Shown: one piece after another, positions 47,409 to 57,535 of the stretch
How the letters are laid out: each line of letters starts with the position of its first letter
Numbering within the stretch: the stretch's first letter is position 1
Source: Phycisphaeraceae bacterium
GTDB taxonomy: Bacteria; Planctomycetota; Phycisphaerae; Phycisphaerales; Zrk34
DNA: 57,555 bases
Direction: 5' to 3'
NCBI GenBank assembly: GCA_040905565.1
Contig: JBBDRF010000009.1
Location: 1 to 57,555 of the forward strand
The notes under the pieces: generated by a model
What the model saw: the letters and a program-made list of their open reading frames with translations, nothing else
Told to the model about the DNA's origin: nothing
Database searches by the model: none
Made by a program: the position numbers and the translations under genes

Positions 47409-48845
47409 TTGGACGACAACGGCGACGCGACGTGGGAGCTCGATCGAACCCGCACCCACACGCCCGCCAACGAGATCGACACAATCTCGGGCACATGGCT
47501 TGACCCCGCACACGATGCTTCTGGTAACATGGTGGGCATGCCCAAGCCGCTTGATCCGACCCAAGGCTACACCGCTGTCTACGATGCGTGGAATCGTCTC
47601 GTCGAACTCACCGACGACAACGGCAGCAGCAGCGGAGGCGGGCAGCTTGTCGCGGAATATGAGTGGGACGGCATTGGCCGCCGCATCGTGGCGACGAACT
47701 ATGATGATGGCCTCCTCGAGGAAACCCGGCACTTCTACTATTCGCAGGCTCACCAGATCCTCGAAGAACGCGTCGACGGCACGGCTGATAGCGACATGGA
47801 TCTGCAGTACGTCTGGGGTGCTCAGTACGTCGACGAACTGATCTGCCGCGACCGCCCCGGCGACGCCAGCAGCAGCTCAAGCTCCGCCGACGCCGAACGC
47901 ATCTACGTCACCTACGACCCCAGCTACCGCATCACCGCCCTCGTCGACGGCAACAAAAACGTCCTCGAACGCTACCGCTACTCCCCCTACGGCGAGCGTA
48001 CGGTCCTCAACCCCGACTGGACCGTCCACACCGACCCCATCAACGGCAGCTACAACTTCCGCATCGGCCACCAGGGCCTCCGCCACGATGAGACGGGACT
48101 CGTCTACAACCGCGCAAGAATGCTGCACGTCGGAATGGGGAGGTTCGCGCAAAGGGATCCGATGGACCATAATTCACCGAGCGGTGGTTACCACGATGGT
48201 ATGAGTCAGTACGAGTATCAGGGGGCATCTCCGATCCAACGTCTCGATCCAAGGGGGCTTGATCTCGGTGATACGGTTGACACCTTATTCGAACTTGCAG
48301 CTGAAGTCTACGAAGAGTACGAGGATGTCGCGCCTCGGGTAAGATTCGTGGAGGACGTCGTCGGAGTCTTGCGCGACCCTCACGATTTGGTGAAACAGGA
48401 GGCGCTCGCGACCAAATACCTCGCCGACTTGATGAAAAAGGCACTGACGACAGTTGCCCCCAAGGTCGCCGGTCGGCTACTGTACGGATTCGACATCGGT
48501 GTATCGATTGGCGAAACCTTTCGTAAGCCACTGCAGTCTAGCCTTGACCAGATTACGGACAACAAACGGTGCGCACAGGCAGCAGCAAAAGCAACTCACG
48601 ACAATATCCCTGCGAATCAAGGCTACTGGTCAGTCAAGACAACCAAAACAAGTGCCGAAATGCCAGCATTCTCTACAAATGAGGGCAGCGGTGCTGGTTG
48701 CGCCCGTACTTACTACATTCGGAAGGACCAACGGTCTGCGATTGGCGGGATTTTCTGGGGTCCCGATTACACTTGGAAAAAATGTTGCTGTTCGAATCAT
48801 GTGGCACAGGCAGAATATACGGGGTCCGCAGATGCAAGTTTGTAA
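47409..48845 (+). CDS. Orphan Rhs module 3; translation start unclear
   Basis: Rhs core motifs and DPRGL; distinct tip with Cys cluster (KCCCS). Confidence 0.85.
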   Translation: MDDNGDATWELDRTRTHTPANEIDTISGTWLDPAHDASGNMVGMPKPLDPTQGYTAVYDAWNRLVELTDDNGSSSGGGQLVAEYEWDGIGRRIVATNYDDGLLEETRHFYYSQAHQILEERVDGTADSDMDLQYVWGAQYVDELICRDRPGDASSSSSSADAERIYVTYDPSYRITALVDGNKNVLERYRYSPYGERTVLNPDWTVHTDPINGSYNFRIGHQGLRHDETGLVYNRARMLHVGMGRFAQRDPMDHNSPSGGYHDGMSQYEYQGASPIQRLDPRGLDLGDTVDTLFELAAEVYEEYEDVAPRVRFVEDVVGVLRDPHDLVKQEALATKYLADLMKKALTTVAPKVAGRLLYGFDIGVSIGETFRKPLQSSLDQITDNKRCAQAAAKATHDNIPANQGYWSVKTTKTSAEMPAFSTNEGSGAGCARTYYIRKDQRSAIGGIFWGPDYTWKKCCCSNHVAQAEYTGSADASL

Positions 48846-49287
48846 GGTTCAGTTGAGGCAAGCGTTGGCAATGGCAACATTCATTGTCGCAGTGATCCTA
48901 TACACGCCAGGTTGCGCAGATACTGAGCAGTCCGAAGGCGATTTTGTAAAAGCCGGTGACGTCATCGGGGTGTATGAAGAGATCATGAATCGTACGGCTA
49001 TCCATCCCGACGTGCCCGAGTCGGTAGATGACTCTAATCGCGTTCCGGTTCACTTTTACCATACTTATAAGGAAATGTCTGAGCGTTTTGCGCAAGTCCA
49101 TGACTCCGAAGGATTGGCGGGCGATGAGAAGCGTCGGATCTCGCGTCTGGTCACCCTCTCTGGCGAGATAGCAGAACAGTGGGGCGCGATTGCAGGCGCG
49201 TCAAACGATGAGATGGTCGTACGTGAGCGTGAGCGACTTCGCCAGCTGCTCGAAGAACTCGTTGCAACACTCCAGGAGATCAAGTGA
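48832..49287 (+). CDS. Probable lipoprotein, putative immunity 3
   Basis: Overlaps the Rhs3 end; hydrophobic leader ending TPGC (non-canonical lipobox). Confidence 0.6.
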   Translation: MQVCKVQLRQALAMATFIVAVILYTPGCADTEQSEGDFVKAGDVIGVYEEIMNRTAIHPDVPESVDDSNRVPVHFYHTYKEMSERFAQVHDSEGLAGDEKRRISRLVTLSGEIAEQWGAIAGASNDEMVVRERERLRQLLEELVATLQEIK

Positions 49288-49292
49288 TTCAT

Positions 49293-49757
49293 ATGAATAG
49301 GGCGAGCGTATTAATCGCGGTCATAGTGCTCTCCGCTTCCGCGATAGGGTGCGACGGACATGAGGTTCACGACCAACGCCTGAACGATGAACGCCAGAAG
49401 GTTGGCCTTCGACTCATGCCGAGCAATTTCTATAAAATTGTCGACAACGGGCGGTCGACGCACTGGGGAGACGGTGTGGGGTGGCTTAATCGCCCGCCGC
49501 CCCGGTACCACGGCAAAGTCTTCCTTTTTGACGAATCGCATGCACGCCTGCTTGAGGAAACGGATGTATACGACTCAGGCAAACGATTCGGTCCTGGGTC
49601 GCGCAGTCAGGAAGTTCTGCATATTACCTTTTCTTGGAAACTCCACCGTGAGGGACAGCAAGTATGGCGATATACGCACGCTTCTCAAAGCGGAACACAT
49701 GACATCTCCGAAGCTGACGCCCACTCACTTCTCACTGAGTGGGGATTGACACGCTGA
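49293..49757 (+). CDS. Lipoprotein, putative orphan immunity
   Basis: MNRASVLIAVIVLSASAIGC signal and lipobox. Confidence 0.65.
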   Translation: MNRASVLIAVIVLSASAIGCDGHEVHDQRLNDERQKVGLRLMPSNFYKIVDNGRSTHWGDGVGWLNRPPPRYHGKVFLFDESHARLLEETDVYDSGKRFGPGSRSQEVLHITFSWKLHREGQQVWRYTHASQSGTHDISEADAHSLLTEWGLTR

Positions 49758-49864
49758 CCTGAGCGAGCCGCAGTGGGACTTGATGTAAGCACGCTACTTC
49801 AGGACGATGGAACGAGCCGGGCACCGCACGGCGACCATGCTTCCCCCACCCCCCGGAGTGCTGC

Positions 49865-49910
49865 CGCACCCACGGGCAACGAAATCGACACAATCTCCGG
49901 CACGTGGCTT
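49865..49910 (+). pseudogene. Short Rhs junction remnant
   Basis: Encodes NEIDTISGTWL, as at the start of Rhs modules 2-4. Confidence 0.75.
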
Positions 49911-50007
49911 GGCGCATGGGCTGGCGCGCAAGCGTGCCTTACGCTGTGGGCACGAGGAAACGCAGTGTACAGACTGAAGTGAATTACGACACCAGGAGCC
50001 CTTGATA

Positions 50008-51051
50008 ATGTCACGAACACCAGTATTACTACTAGTTGCGATAATCGCGAGTATCTACACTGTGCCACACGCGCTTGCCGAACAACCCGGGCATCACGAC
50101 GACCCACCGGGGGGCGTGGAGTATCGGCCGCCCACGCATGCAGTGCCTTTACACGACATTTTCACGCCTGGCGAAACTTATAGTCTCGGAGATATCGGCG
50201 ATCTTTTGGGAGGCAAGCTGGATGTCCCTGAAACTATGGAGATGTTTTATATGTTCTTTTGTCGTGAGCATCAGGTGGACATTCCGCCCACGCTCTTGGA
50301 TGAAGACATGCGCGTGTGGAATATTTTAGCAATAGCCGCCTCGAGTTCTGACATGTTAGTTACAAAATTATCAGGCCTTTGGGAAAAACCTGACACGGAG
50401 ACGGTTCTACGCCGGCACAACCTTGAGGGGATTGGCCTGATGGAAGTCATATACATCAAGCCAGCTGATGACGCCGAGATTGTCAAACTGGAACTGCGCC
50501 CTTATTTTGTTCGTCACGACGTTGACATAAACTTCCCGCGTGCTCTAACCCTTGAGAGCCTGCAGGTAAACGGCGATAGCGTAGAGGTGGCAGGTGATGT
50601 GGAGCCTTGGCGCCTTCAGCTCCCGAACCAGGTGCTCGGGGAAGGAGTCACGCTCAGCGGGGTTGTGCGAGCATCACGCGTGACGCGTCGACTGATGAGG
50701 ATCACCCTGCACGACCTATCAAAAGAATTGAACACGCACGGCGACGATGGCGCTACGATTCACCTGCAGGTGGTTGAGCCACGTCGTGCTCTGCTGCAGA
50801 TTACCGCGACAGATCAGGATCTTCCTGAGTATTCAGTTAAAGGGGCAATGGCGTTCGGCCCAGATGGTGAGTCGATGGGGGGGGTGGGAATGCGGGCACG
50901 GGCGACGCCGCGAAAACTAGAGGTTGAGGTCGGGCCTTGGCGAGACGAAGCTGATCGTCAGGCGAGTTCGATCGCGGTTCTTGTAGCCGAAACTGAGGAG
51001 CGGCGGATACCATTCGAATTCGAAATTCGGGCTCAAGAGTTCTCAGAGTAG
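50008..51051 (+). CDS. Exported protein, putative orphan immunity
   Basis: AGGAG RBS; signal peptide ending ALA-E. Confidence 0.65.
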   Translation: MSRTPVLLLVAIIASIYTVPHALAEQPGHHDDPPGGVEYRPPTHAVPLHDIFTPGETYSLGDIGDLLGGKLDVPETMEMFYMFFCREHQVDIPPTLLDEDMRVWNILAIAASSSDMLVTKLSGLWEKPDTETVLRRHNLEGIGLMEVIYIKPADDAEIVKLELRPYFVRHDVDINFPRALTLESLQVNGDSVEVAGDVEPWRLQLPNQVLGEGVTLSGVVRASRVTRRLMRITLHDLSKELNTHGDDGATIHLQVVEPRRALLQITATDQDLPEYSVKGAMAFGPDGESMGGVGMRARATPRKLEVEVGPWRDEADRQASSIAVLVAETEERRIPFEFEIRAQEFSE

Positions 51052-51099
51052 GATTGGGTAACCGAAGGAGCAATGTCACTCCCAGTCCCGTAGCTCCGA

Positions 51100-52556
51100 A
51101 CTTCGATCAAACCCGCACGCACACGCCCGCCAACGAAATCGACACAATCTCCGGCACATGGCTTGACCCCGCCCACGATGCATCGGGTAACATGGGGGGC
51201 ATGCCCAAGCCGCTTGATCCGACTGAAAGCTACACCGCTGTCTACGATGCGTGGAACCGGCTTGTCGAACTTGCCGAGGCTGACGAGAGCAGCAGCGGTG
51301 AGGGGGCCGTGGTCGCGGAATATGAATGGGACGGTATGGGCCGCCGCATCGTGGCGACGAGCTATGACGATGGTCTGCTCGACGAAACCCGGCACTTCTA
51401 CTATTCGCAGGCTCACCAGATCCTCGAAGAACGCGTCGACGGCACGGCTGATAGCGACATGGATCTGCAGTACGTCTGGGGTGCTCAGTACGTCGACGAA
51501 CTGATCTGCCGCGACCGCCCCGGCGACGCCAGCAGCAGCTCAAGCTCCGCCGACGCCGAACGCATCTACGTCACCTACGACCCCAGCTACCGCATCACCG
51601 CTCTCGTGGATGGAGACAAAAACGTCCTCGAACGCTACCGCTACTCCCCCTACGGCCAACGCACCGTGTTGAACGCCGACTGGACCGTCCACACCGACCC
51701 CGAAGAAGGCAGCTACAACTTCCGCATCGGACACCAGGGCCTGCGGCACGACGAAACCGGACTCGTCTACAACCGCGCAAGAATGCTGCACGTCGGGCTG
51801 GGGAGGTTCACGCAGAGGGATTTGCTCGATCAGGACCAGTCTGGTGGTGGATATCACGACGGGATGAGTCTGTATGGGGCGCATCATCTCATCGCTAGCC
51901 AAAAGCTCGATCCATCAGGCCTGGATGTGGCCGGCGACACCAATTCCGGGGGCAGCAAATGCAGATGCGGCCAAGAGGCCGGCCCCCAGCTCGGACGGCT
52001 TGAGGTCAAAATGAAACAAGCGTTCGACAAACTCGGGGGTTACGCTCGGTGGAGACTTTGCACAGTGTTATTTAATCCCATTTTTGCCCTTCAAGCCTCC
52101 GTTGCGTGGGAAATTACACAAATGTGGGATCAGGAATCCGACGGGGAAGGTGGCACTGTCAAAAGCGAACCGTTTAAGAATTCGGCGGGTGATTGCGCGA
52201 CCTCAAAAACGTGCCGGCATACCGTTCAAGTGCTAGGAACATGTCACCATAACTGGGACGTCAACTACGTCCTCTACGGCTGGGCAGGAAGATGGTGTAA
52301 CCGTAGCTTAAGTCAGATTGAAACTAACATAAGGGCATACCGCCTGCTACGAGGCGATGCTAGCCCGACGCAACGCCTCGAATGGGCGCGGGCTGGATAC
52401 CGTGGCACCATTCGAGTAGATACCCCAGATGATCTTGAGACCTGCAAAGACTGCCCCGTTGTTTATAGCGGAAGTTTAACCGGGTATTTGCGGGTGTGGA
52501 ACTTGAGCGACGATATCGAGGACCCCGAAAGTTTCGAAATCATGGAGTCCGTATGA
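51100..52556 (+). CDS. Orphan Rhs module 4 with Cys-rich tip; translation start unclear
   Basis: Rhs core motifs and DPSGL; tip contains VNYVLYGWAGR. Confidence 0.85.
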
Positions 52557-53086
52557 TGACCGAGCTAAGCCGATCTCTGTTACTTCGATCGATTCTGTTC
52601 TTTGTCGTTCTGGTGGCGTTGGCTGTGGGCAGTTTGATTCATGCGTCGTATCGGCCGGCGTCACTTTTTACGCTCCCTCTCGCTTCCAAGATACCGGCAC
52701 TGAGAAGGGTGGTCGCTCCGAGCTTTATAGACGCATCGAAGGCAACGGTCTGGATAGATGGTCGCGCGAACATGGTAGCCGTTGTCGAAGGCGAGATTGG
52801 ATTATCAGACACGGCGCGTGCCGCGCGTGCTGATTACCATTCCATCGAGTTTGAAGACGGGAGACGGATCGATCGTGCGGAGGACGTGCTGCTCTTCGTG
52901 TTCGCCGATCATCAGGAGGTGGCGCTTGAGTTGAAGGCTGGCGAGGCAGAATGGCTGCGGTCCGAGCTCCGAGAGTCGTGGGATGCGGAGGACGCCTGGG
53001 CTGATATCCCTTCGTTTATCAAGGCGAAACGTGCTGTGGCCAGCAGCAGTAGCGGGCATGGTAATACGGCGCCGGGTGGCCCGTAG
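52553..53086 (+). CDS. Membrane-anchored protein, putative immunity 4
   Basis: ATGA-coupled to Rhs4; N-terminal TM helix. Confidence 0.65.
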   Translation: MMTELSRSLLLRSILFFVVLVALAVGSLIHASYRPASLFTLPLASKIPALRRVVAPSFIDASKATVWIDGRANMVAVVEGEIGLSDTARAARADYHSIEFEDGRRIDRAEDVLLFVFADHQEVALELKAGEAEWLRSELRESWDAEDAWADIPSFIKAKRAVASSSSGHGNTAPGGP

Positions 53087-53134
53087 CACTGCTGCGAGCA
53101 GTAAAAAGCTCAATCTGTTGTCTTGGCGTTTGCG

Positions 53135-53310
53135 ACCGACGACAATGGCGACGCGATCTGGAACCTCGATCACACACGCGCCCCCACACGCCGGCCAACG
53201 AGATCGACAGAATCTTCGGCAGATGGGCTTCGCCCGCCCACGATGCATCGGGTAACATGGTGGGTATGCCCAAGCCGCTTGATCCGACCGAAGGCTACAC
53301 CGCTGTCTAC
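53135..53310 (+). pseudogene. Frameshifted, truncated Rhs junction remnant
   Basis: DDNGDAIW.LD.TR and GNMVGMPKPLDPTEGYTAVY lie in different frames; similarity ends abruptly. Confidence 0.8.
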
Positions 53311-53700
53311 CTATGTTCGTGTCAACTGGCGTGCGGGTTTGTTTCGGTGATCTGGGATGACGGTGACCCTGCTGGTGGAGCAAATGGGCGTGAGCCCTAC
53401 AATTCCGCCGGCAGGATCGCCGCTCCGTCGCGCAGGCGGCATAGGCCTCGCTCGCTCAGCGGGTTGGGCTTCGGCGAACGCGCTGGGCGTGGTGTATCTG
53501 CTCGATTCGTTGGGCGAGGCCGCTTCTCTGGAGCATGCGGCGTTCACCGGGCGGCAGCTGAATCGGTGCCGTGGCGGCGGGCATTCGCTCCTTCTGGTAG
53601 ACCTCGTTGAGCGACGGCCGATGCCGTGTCGGGGCGCTGGTGTCGCGTCGCTGTGCCTTGACGCCCTTGGGCACGCCGCCGCGTCGGCGTCTGCCGGTGA

Positions 53701-55012
53701 CGGTGATGCGAAGCTGAAGCGGGCCATTCGGCGATGACTCAAATGTCGAGCCGACCCGATACAGCTATCACGCCGCCTTCCGCTTGTAGTGGTTGAGTAG
53801 CCCGCCGAGCAATGGCGTACGCTGCACCCGCCCGATTGATCCCACCACCTCTTCCGCGGGCGGCTTCTCCCTCTCGTTCAGCGGCACGTTGCCCAGCGAC
53901 TGATGCGGCCGCATCGTGTTGTGGTATCGCACGTACGTCTGCACGATGTGATCGAGATAAGGCAAGCTGAAGCACCAGAACGCGTTCAGGCACTCACGCT
54001 TGAGACTGCCAATCCAGGACTCCGCGAACGAGTTCGCCATCGGCGACTGGAACGGCGTCCTTACAACTTCGCCCGCAACCTGGCGGAAATGCTCGTCGAA
54101 CGCATCGGTGTACTTCGCGTCGCGATCGCGAATCAGAAACCGCATCTCAAGACCTTCGTCCTCCACCCACAGCGTGGCGTTCCGCGCCTGCTGCTGCAGC
54201 CATTCCCCGGTCGGGTGGTACGTGCTCGGCGACACGAACACCTTGCGGCTGCCAAGGTGGATGAACATCAGGCAGTACGCCATGTGCTTGCCCGTCGGCG
54301 TCCAAACCGCTTTGCAGAAGAAGTCCGTCGCCACCATGCAGTTAAGGTGCGCCTTCAGGAAGGTCCGCCATGGCGTGTCCACGCCCTTGGGCGCATGCCG
54401 ATCCGGGTCCGGCAGCAGACCCTTCTCCTCAAGCACGCGACGCACCGTACCGCGGCTCGGCGTGAGTGCCAGCTTACGCAGTTCACCCACAATCCGGCGC
54501 ACGCCCCAGCCCGAATTCTCCCGAGCCAACCGAAGGATCAGCGCTCGCAACGAATCTGTCACCTTCCGCGGCCTGCCCACGCTTTTGGCCTCGCGCCCGG
54601 CCTTCTGCTCGCGAACCCATCGACGATAGGTCTTGACGCTGACGATCCCGATGAGATCATCTATCTGATGATTCATCTGCCCGCCCAACCGAAGCACTCG
54701 CGCACGATCCTCTGGAGACAGGATCACGCGATCGCCTGGCAGCTTCGCGCGCAGCAGTTCGATTTGGAGTTTCAGCAAACGCATCTGCGCGTCGCGACGC
54801 GCCGACCACGCCTCCGTGAGCATCGCCAACAGGGCCATCAGCCAGTGGGGGAGCATCGTTTCGGCCTCCAGGTCAGGTGCCGTAAGTCCAGCATTAACCG
54901 CTGCCCGACATTTTGGCCCACCCCGGCGCCGTTGTAAATAAACGCCACCCCCTCTAACGACCCCATAAAGCCCCATAAGCGAGACTTTTCGCCTCGCAGT
55001 AGCGAAGCACAC
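53701..55012 (-). mobile_element. IS with rve integrase-core transposase; ends approximate
   Basis: Contains the transposase below; the 53714 end is homologous to the 45292 remnant. Confidence 0.65.
53768..54858 (-). CDS. DDE (rve integrase-core) transposase
   Basis: GRP, ARENSGWG.RRI.GEL, ATDFF, LIRDRD.KY, P..N.FAE.W.GS.K.ECL, Y..MRPHQSL; GGAGG RBS. Confidence 0.9.
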
Positions 55013-55185
55013 AAGAAATTTGTCGCGCGCGCACTTTCGCCGAAAAAGTTCGAAGAGTGTTTCGCCCGCTCTACCGAAGGCGGCAGCCGAGGCAGCTATG
55101 ACGCAGCCGGCGCAGGCAAGCGGCTACACATCTCCCTGGAAACGCAACTGAAAGGACCGTTCATGGACCCCGTCACCCATCCCCC

Positions 55186-55359
55186 AATCCCACTGGCCCA
55201 CCTCCCACGGCGAAAGCACCAAACACGGCTGGAACATCCACGCCTTCCAACATCCCGACCTCAGCTTCAACCCACGAGCGCTGTGCGCGGTGGTGGCGTG
55301 GGAGTTTGCTGGCTGACGGCATTCCGGCGTAAATCAGGCGGCTGTTGGCGAGGGTGTGC
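55186..55359 (+). repeat. Direct repeat copy B (orphan copy of the tail-gene 3' end)
   Basis: Encodes SHWPTSHGESTKHGWNIHAFQHPDLSFNPRALCAVVAWEF with mostly synonymous differences from copy A. Confidence 0.9.
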
Positions 55360-55521
55360 AAAACCGCTCTCGAAGCATGTATGGCCCGCTCTAATGTATT
55401 GACATGCCGCTTATCAGGCTGCATGATAGTAGCCCTTGGTCTCAAATGGGACCGTTGCTACGAAAACCATCATCCCGCAGATGTTCGCCTTGTGCGGACC
55501 AATCCTGACAGGAACAGAAGC

Positions 55522-57240
55522 ATGCTGCCCCCATCTCCTTTCGACCGTCTCGTCGAACCCTCCGACCATCAAGACGTATCCCCCGTGCCGCAGGCGAGAG
55601 ATTACCTCATCGGCCAAGGCTTCACTCGCGTTGTCGCATCCGCCGTAGCTGACTTCGCACTGATGGAGGGAGTGCTGCCGCTTGGCCCCGACGATGGCGG
55701 CACGATACTCGCCGCGGATGACCTGACCCCATTGATGCATCCAAATTTGGTGGATTCTCCTGAAGAGGATTCGCTCGAGCCCGGCCAACGTGTCCGACAA
55801 TTCGCCGCGAATCTTCTCCGGCAGCGCGGCTGTGAGCGGTGGCGGAAGGCATTTCGCTGCATGCGATTTTCATGCATCGAGGATTTTTACTCCGGACAGC
55901 AAGTCGCCTTTTCGCTACTGTCAGAAAGAGAAGACCTTGTCTGGGCACTTCAAAACGTCATGGATTTGCGCGAACAGCCTGACATGCCGAACAGGCTGAC
56001 GATTCCATCAGGTTTCACACTCCAAATCGATAACGTCCGAGGCGTGCAAGAGGCGCTGTTCTGGGCACTCCTGTTTGATCAGAAGTTTCCCTCTGTGGCA
56101 TTTGAGCAGTTTACTGCCCTGCCTGACGAACGAGTGTACGAAACCGTTCGTACTATGTACGCTGCTTTCACGTACCGCACGACTCTAGCTGAACTTCGTA
56201 TTTTGAACCCCCTCTCGATGCCTGCGTTCAGTGCTAAGGATCGAGCTGCGTATAACGAAGCTGTCGATCGGACCGCCTCTGAGCGTTCCCTCATGATGAC
56301 CGCGGCCACGTACGCCTTTGAGCCTTACCTCAATCATGTCACAGCCAGATTCGATGCCACTAGCAACAATGACATGGCGCTCGGCCTCGCCTGGGTAATG
56401 CTGTTCCGCATCGTTAATAGGCGCGAGTTACCGTCGGCACTGGACGAGAGTGACCACCGGCGTATGCTTGCCGGGTCGCGTGCCCACATGGCCAAATTAC
56501 GGAGCATCATTCGCCGCACAGCGGAAGAGGATGCTGACGCCGTTTATGACGTCGTTGAGGATGCCTTCGATACAGAACGAGGGACGTTCCTCGCGCCCGT
56601 GACGCTGTTATTCGAGAGCGGCGATCTGTGGGAAGCGACCAAGGCTCTGCTTCAACTCATCCGCGTATCGCCGAAACCCGTTGTAGGCGACGATCTTCGG
56701 TTCACCGATGGTCGGTTTCTCTCCACAAGAGACCCGTGGCATCTGATTGGACTCGAACTGTTCAGAGGATTGCAAAACAGCTTTCGACGCGAGCAGGAAG
56801 GTGATCCGGACCTAAGCAAGTTCCGCGAGGCGCTCTGCCGGTATTGTCTTGATCGTCTGCGGAGCAAAGACCGCAGTTTACGAAGCAAATCAGCCAGCAG
56901 CAAGGGTCTGGTCGAACCGAACCCCCTTTGGCGATACGGTTACCTGCGGGCGTCACAGGAATTGCACATCAATCCCGAGAATCGGGGACATCATGTGCTT
57001 CACTGGTTGATGCAGAACGATCCTGAGCAACGGATTCGTGAATCGGCCGAGATCGCCTACAAGCGATTATCGAACCACGCGAAACTTCCCAGCGGCATGT
57101 CACCGCGCCGCGCGGTCTTTGCTGCGCTGTGGTGGATTCGCCAAGTCCATCGTCTGAGTCTGGGCTTGGAGATCGACGCGCGTGCGGCCCAACAGACGCG
57201 AGATACGGAGGTGCGAATGACGCAAAGCCCTACGGGGTGA
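55522..57240 (+). CDS. Large helical hypothetical protein; start uncertain
   Basis: Long ORF (open from 55345); HEAT-like segment (NDPEQRIRESA) near the C-terminus. Confidence 0.7.
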   Translation: MLPPSPFDRLVEPSDHQDVSPVPQARDYLIGQGFTRVVASAVADFALMEGVLPLGPDDGGTILAADDLTPLMHPNLVDSPEEDSLEPGQRVRQFAANLLRQRGCERWRKAFRCMRFSCIEDFYSGQQVAFSLLSEREDLVWALQNVMDLREQPDMPNRLTIPSGFTLQIDNVRGVQEALFWALLFDQKFPSVAFEQFTALPDERVYETVRTMYAAFTYRTTLAELRILNPLSMPAFSAKDRAAYNEAVDRTASERSLMMTAATYAFEPYLNHVTARFDATSNNDMALGLAWVMLFRIVNRRELPSALDESDHRRMLAGSRAHMAKLRSIIRRTAEEDADAVYDVVEDAFDTERGTFLAPVTLLFESGDLWEATKALLQLIRVSPKPVVGDDLRFTDGRFLSTRDPWHLIGLELFRGLQNSFRREQEGDPDLSKFREALCRYCLDRLRSKDRSLRSKSASSKGLVEPNPLWRYGYLRASQELHINPENRGHHVLHWLMQNDPEQRIRESAEIAYKRLSNHAKLPSGMSPRRAVFAALWWIRQVHRLSLGLEIDARAAQQTRDTEVRMTQSPTG

Positions 57241-57352
57241 CAATTGAGTATCTGCTGTCGGGATTGGATGTCCATTGCATCCCTCGCCATTGTGCTCCCG
57301 CCAGGTTTGTGCATTCGAAATTCTTCGAAACCCAAGAACCCTGGAGATCGTT

Positions 57353-57535
57353 ATGTCTATCGTTCCCGATACGATCAATTTTCACATCAATAGCGCTTGT
57401 AACGCCCACTGCAAGTATTGCTATCGCCCGCAGACCGAGGAGCTTTCGTCTGAGGATCAGCGTCGCGTCATCGACGCAATCGTGGATTGGGATGCGGGCA
57501 TGGCCTGCCTGAAAACTATGTGCCAGCCGTTGTGA
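57353..57535 (+). pseudogene. Truncated viperin-like radical SAM gene
   Basis: GGAG RBS; TINFHINSACNAHCKYCY (N.H followed by CxxxCxxC); stops after 60 aa. Confidence 0.65.

Noticed and set aside
53311..53742. ORFs on both strands between the Rhs remnant and the IS
   Set aside because: No motif or convincing RBS; probably degenerate inserted DNA.
42590..55359. Diversity-generating retroelement (repeat at a tail-gene 3' end, FGE-fold protein nearby)
   Set aside because: No reverse transcriptase seen, and differences between copies are mostly synonymous and not confined to adenines.
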